Origin: Azolla caroliniana | Lineage: Eukaryota; Plantae; Polypodiophyta | Direction of reading: 5' to 3' | Length of the DNA stretch: 11,612 bases | NCBI GenBank assembly: GCA_043228905.1 | Contig: JBHGNT010001145.1 | Coordinates: 1 to 11,612, forward strand | In this document: one piece after another, positions 7,075 through 11,612 of the stretch | How the letters are laid out: every line of letters begins with the position of its first letter | How positions within the stretch are numbered: position 1 is the first letter of the stretch | Position numbers and translations under genes: made by a program | The notes under the pieces: model-generated | Told to the model about the DNA's origin: nothing | What the model saw: only the letters and a program-made list of their open reading frames with translations | Databases searched by the model: none

Positions 7075-10000
7075 CATGAGTCCTTGCTACGCGAGAAATT
7101 GGCACTTTTTTGCAAGAACCATGATGTATGAATAACATTTTGTTTTTTATTATTATCTCGTGAGAGTTTTGCATAGGATAGATGTATCATGATTTTTACC
7201 ATGGGATGCATTAACTGCGTGTACATGGACACACATCCCAACATGCATGCATTGTGCCCATATTTTGTGAGGATTTATTTATAAAGGGATGAATTGAAGT
7301 AAATGAATCCACTGTGGGGATGGAAGTATAATAAGACTTGAGAGATTTGAGCCCACCAAATTGTAATATTGCTTCACTCATTTAACAAATATGACCAAAA
7401 AGAGACAATGCATCAGTAACATCGTGTGGCAGGAGAAACACCATGCCGTGCTAATGAAGGTGTGACTATACTGCTTTTGGAGCATCAAGGGAAAATGAAA
7501 AGAAAGCGAGGATGTGATAAAGGCAAACTTGTCATAAGACTTTTCGAAAGGAACTTCTTAGATTTTTTAAGATACTTGCAAATGTCAAGAAACCGTTGGT
7601 CAATAAATATTGAACGAAAATTACTACTAAAAGCTATTTGGTAGTTCTAATCCTCATACGCGAACTAGTTTACTAGTTTGGGGGAATAAAATAAGTTATG
7701 TTCATTATGCTCAAGAAATAATAGGTGAAATGAATCTCAAAGAAAATTAGTGCTAGAAACTACGTGTTAGTTCTAACTTCTAATTATCATACATAAAGTC
7801 ACTAGTTTGTCAATATTTGAAGGTCGTCACATTCCCCTAGACAAAGAAGAATGCATTTTCCCATTATTGATCACTTGACTAACTTACATGTAATGTTTTG
7901 ATTAATTTATGTTCAAATATGAATAATTCCTAATGTTCTCCACATTGTGGTTGCATGCACATGCATGCCTCATTGATGCATATATTTCCTTTATATTTTG
8001 AATGAAGTTCGGAGATTGATAAGTCACATTGTATATATGACTCGATATTAGGAACAATCATGTCGTGCAAGTTGGTTTTCACATAATACATTATGTTGTC
8101 ATGATAAAAGACGTCGGTTACTTTGGGTGGGGTTATATGCTTAAGTGTAAAAGGTGCATGGATATATGTGTTCAAAACAAGAATAAATTTTCGTTCTTCC
8201 TCCAATCTTTTACATGACATATAGGTTCTCAATTTTGCTAGTTTTTAAAAAATGTATTCTATTTGATACTTATTCCCTCCATAGTTTATTGCATTGTTCT
8301 TTCAACATGATTTTCTTCAAACATTCTAATAACTTTGGAAAGAACTAGCCATAACTTTCATGTAGCAAAGCCACCATACCTTATTCTATAAGTCAACGCA
8401 AGTTGTCACAAAAGGATAGTGGCAAAAATTATCAATTTTTTGAAGCAATTGGGTTGCAACGTTTCCAAGCGTACGTCTTCATAATGCAACAAACAAAGTC
8501 AAGATTATGGAACTTTGCTTGGTATATGCATCTTCATTGCAATCGTTGAACGTGTAACATGGCATGACGATGCAAAAATAAACAATATTCTTATTCACTA
8601 TGTACGTGTTTTAAGTGCATCAATGATATGTCATGATAGGAATTTAGGCTTAGTCAGTTGTGCAAAATTGACGAGACTTTACACAGTATATTTTTCATAT
8701 AATTCGATGGCATGCATATGTTGTAGAAGGATACTAAACCGGTGGTTTTGAATAATGTGGATAAGGATAGACAAATGCACAATTTAGAGTTAGTGGATCC
8801 AAATAATGAGGCCTATCCAATAGTCCATTTGTACAAAAAGGTTCCCAAATGAGAAGATGACAAAAAAGGCATTCTCAATTCTAGGGGCAAACAATTTCCT
8901 TGCTTTCCACAACTTTCTCTTCTCAAATATGGATTCAAAATTTTCATTGTATGTCAACAAAAGGATATGAAAACCACGTTTCTAAAACCTCCTTCCCAAG
9001 GACCCATCCACATCAACCAAACCATAAGAAAAATTTCCATCGTCAATGTTATTATCTTTGACCCTTGCTATGTCAATCGAAATATTTTGGGTTGAAGGAA
9101 CATTGTTTTGGGTTTTGATTTAGTTAGGCATAGGACAATGTTTCTTTTCAAAGGTAGGGAGAGGATAAAGGACATATAAAACATGTTGTTGTGCTTGATT
9201 TCAAAATACCCATCCAAATATGAAAAGGAAGAAGAGGGAAAACATACATAGAAAACATGCTTCCATGCGTGCTTTCAAAATACTCATTGACAATAGGATT
9301 AGAATGAAGAAAAATTGTTTCCTTTTTGATATCATGTGATGGTAGTGAAGAAGCCCTTCTAGAAACCTTGCTTTTCATTTTGAAACGTGCAAAGTGCTAG
9401 TCAATGAAGATCGTTGAGTGAAAATCTAGCTATGTAGAAAAGACGACAAGTGTCGGGTCGCTCCAAGTCTTCTATCCACTAAGAAAAGGCGGAAAATCAA
9501 CGAGGAGATGGTGAATGTTGGGTGAAATGTTTAGAACCAAAGAGAAGATAAGAAAATTGTATGAGATGATAACTTAAATTGTACCACTTGGTGAAGGTGA
9601 AAAAACATGAGCTGCCTGAGGCCTACATAGAAAAGATGAAAAATTGAGTAGGCGTTGACAAGTGTTTTGCTACCGAAAAAGTTCGTAAACACATCGTTCT
9701 AGGGGCATAAAGAAAAGACAACGCAATTAGGTGATATGTGTTCGATCTAGAAAAAGGTGAAAAGGCATATATGGGAGAGCAACTGAGCTAGAAACGAGGT
9801 GAAACAAGCGTCGGGAAGCGAGAGAAAAAAGGTGGAAAGTGGCCGAAAGCTCTCGAGCCCAACGAGGGGATGCAAAGCAAGGGGGTAAAAAAAAAAACAA
9901 GAAGCAAGCCAACAAACAAAAAAAAAATGTCAAAAGGGAACGAGAAGTGTTTGTGACAATGACAGTGAGCGTTGACATGAGGTGTGATGTGAAAAAAAAA

Positions 10001-10201
10001 AAGAGGCCTGTAGGGGTGGGTCTGTTGGTAAAAAGAGATGGGTGGAATATAGATAGAAGAAGTGAAGAGAGAGTGCGGGAGAAGGAAAGAAAGAAAGATA
10101 TATTAACGTCTACTGGCTCAAAAAGCTACTTCGGCAAGACTTGAACTTGAATCCTCTCTTTTGGGAAGAAGTGCTTTTGCAGTAAAGGATTTCAACCTTT
10201 C

Positions 10202-10463
10202 TCCTTGGGGGGGGGGGGGGGGGGGTAGATATTTTATGGACCCGGTCTTTTCGAAACGGTTGAATGAGAGACCCTACGAGACTAGAAAGCGAAAGTGAAG
10301 AAGCATTTTTTGACGTGGGTTAGTTTATGGGAACACAATGAGGAGGGGGGTCCGTGTCCATTTGGGTGGGCGGACATTTCTTTTTTTACGATCACGGTTC
10401 GGAGAAGGTTTATATTTTGTCTCTTTCTTTTACCGATCCCCCCCCCCCCCCCCCCCCCAAGGA
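10202..10463. repeat. Inverted repeat TCCTT(G)19 ... (C)21AAGGA enclosing ~212 bp
   Basis: The G-run at 10207-10225 is preceded by TCCTT, and the C-run at 10438-10458 is followed by AAGGA, giving 24 bp of perfect complementarity. Confidence 0.75.
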
Positions 10464-10534
10464 AGAGATGTGTTGGATTTGGAAGTGTGAATAATAAAAA
10501 AACAAATAGAGAACATTAATTAAATGAGTCAGAT

Positions 10535-10568
10535 TATGTATATGTATATGTACATACATACATACATA
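10535..10568. repeat. Compound (TATGTA)n/(CATA)n microsatellite, quasi-palindromic
   Basis: TATGTATATGTATATGTACATACATACATACATA. Confidence 0.85.
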
Positions 10569-10697
10569 TTTATGTGATAAAATTAATTTAGAGACGAGAA
10601 ATTTGAATGAATCCATTTCTTTCATTTTGTTGCGCAACATTCTTCGCAGCTTCTCACTCACGCTTCCCCTCTTTCTTCTCTCTTTCCTTATAGGCTC

Positions 10698-10706
10698 CAC
10701 ACACGC

Positions 10707-10755
<49 letters not shown>
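10698..10755. repeat. (CA)n microsatellite, ~29 units with two CG interruptions
   Basis: Direct reading of 10698-10755. Confidence 0.97.
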
Positions 10756-10759
<4 letters not shown>

Positions 10760-10889
10760 AATGTGTTCTTCCCTTTCTCGCTTTTGTTCCGTCTGTTTGA
10801 AGCTTTTTGTCTGTCCGTTCCTTTAATCCTCCCCCTCCCTCCATTGACGCTGCTTCTGCCGCTCCCTCTCTCCCTCCCTCCCCGTTTCA

Positions 10890-11240
10890 TTTCTTGCTTC
10901 TTGATTCTTCCGTTTCTTGATTCTCTGCTTGCTGCTTCTACCTGCTTCTTGCTCTTCTTCTGTTGCTGCTTCTGCTCGATTTTCGCTTCTTCTGCCCGAT
11001 TCTTGCTTCTCCTCCCCGATTCTTGATTCTATTGCCCGATTCTTGCTTCTCCTGCTCGATTCTTGCTTCTTGCTCTTCTTCTGTTGCTGCTTCTGCCCGA
11101 TTCTTGCTTCTTGCGCTTCTTCTGTTGCTGCTTCTGCTCGATTTTCGTTTCTTCTGCCCGATTCTTGCTTCTTCTACTCGATTCTTGCTTCTTCTGCTTG
11201 GTTCTTGGTACTTGATTCTTCTTCTGCTTCTGGATTCTTC
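10890..11240. repeat. Pyrimidine-rich minisatellite, 20-bp consensus TTCTTGCTTCTYCTGCYCGA with 41-bp variant units
   Basis: CGATT anchors occur at 10977, 10997, 11017, 11037, 11057, 11098, 11139, 11159 and 11179 (spacings 20,20,20,20,41,41,20,20), with degenerate flanking units. Confidence 0.9.
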
Positions 11241-11427
11241 ATTTCCTTCATCATCTTCTTCTTGCTGCTTCTAGATTATTCTGCTTCGACCACTTCGTCT
11301 TCTTGTGCCCCGGGATTCGTCCATTTTCTGGCTTGCTCGACTCTTCAGTTCCTTCCGTTTACTCTTTCCGTCGATTTCTTCCATATTCTTCTTCTCCTGC
11401 TTCCTCTTCTGTTTCTTCAATCTCCTG

Positions 11428-11437
11428 CTATTTTATA
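11428..11437 (-). promoter_or_regulatory. Putative TATA box of the minus-strand LTR
   Basis: TATAAAATAG on the minus strand lies just downstream of the palindrome GAGGCCTC (11439-11446) and just upstream of a GA-rich leader. Confidence 0.35.
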
Positions 11438-11612
11438 CGAGGCCTCTCGCCCCTTCTTTAGCTGTGAGCGCTGACGTTCTTCATGGCTACGTCATCTTCT
11501 GCACGGCATCAGGAGACCGTTTGGACCTGCAAAGCTTGCACATTCGATAGAAATGACGTGTCACAAGATTCTTGCTCCATGTGCTACGCCATTAGACCAA
11601 GTGTATCTTGGT

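Larger units (their letters stand above)
10471..11612 (-). mobile_element. Probable LTR in minus orientation (R/U5 and part of U3; continues beyond the window)
   Basis: The minus strand reads TATAAAATAG (11437-11428), then a long GA-rich minisatellite, a GT tract, an AT-rich segment with CATA repeats and ...CCAAATCCAACA (plus strand TGTTGG at 10471), a typical LTR terminus. No PBS or partner LTR is visible. Confidence 0.45.

Noticed and set aside
6680-7090. Target-site duplication around the second LINE
   Set aside because: Only weak matches exist (AACAT; ATGTGTGTTG vs ATGAGTCCTTG), which are not convincing.
7095-7155. Possible fourth copy of the 450-bp unit after the LINE (AATTGG..CATGATG)
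   Set aside because: Similarity is faint and none of the invariant anchors follow.
9727-11550. ORFs 9727-9978, 9839-10144, 10295-10519, 10410-10844, 10603-10800, 10654-10890, 10763-11026, 10917-11474, 10963-11274 and 11305-11550
   Set aside because: These are low-complexity translations of A-tracts, G/C runs, (CA)n and the CT-rich minisatellite. Overlapping frames are all open because composition excludes stops.
11596-11612. ACCAAG-TGTAT-CTTGGT hairpin at the window edge
   Set aside because: The stem is only 6 bp and the context is cut off, so it cannot be interpreted.

Overview
This is AT-rich eukaryotic intergenic DNA made up of decayed retroelements. It is probably from a land plant; the LINE and LTR style suggests a fern or other seed-free plant, but that is inference only. 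No intact host gene, tRNA, rRNA or CRISPR array is supportable. Positions 1-2915 (+) hold the 3' part of a dead L1/Tx1-type LINE ORF2 (RT motifs, zf-RVT CCHC knuckle, short 3'UTR, A-tail), split inside the RT domain by a ~445-bp LTR-like insertion (~334-778). At 5257-6654 there are three diverged head-to-tail copies of a ~450-bp non-coding unit. At ~6695-7074 is a 5'-truncated 3' end of a second, related LINE with a structured 3'UTR. The region 9400-10460 is CpG-retaining and purine-skewed, and ends in a TCCTT(G)19...(C)21AAGGA inverted repeat. Positions 10471-11612 are a probable minus-strand LTR carrying microsatellites and a 20/41-bp minisatellite. I found no convincing new biological system. 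The least-explained items are the ~450-bp triplication, the G/C-run inverted repeat and the LINE 3'UTR stem-loop.
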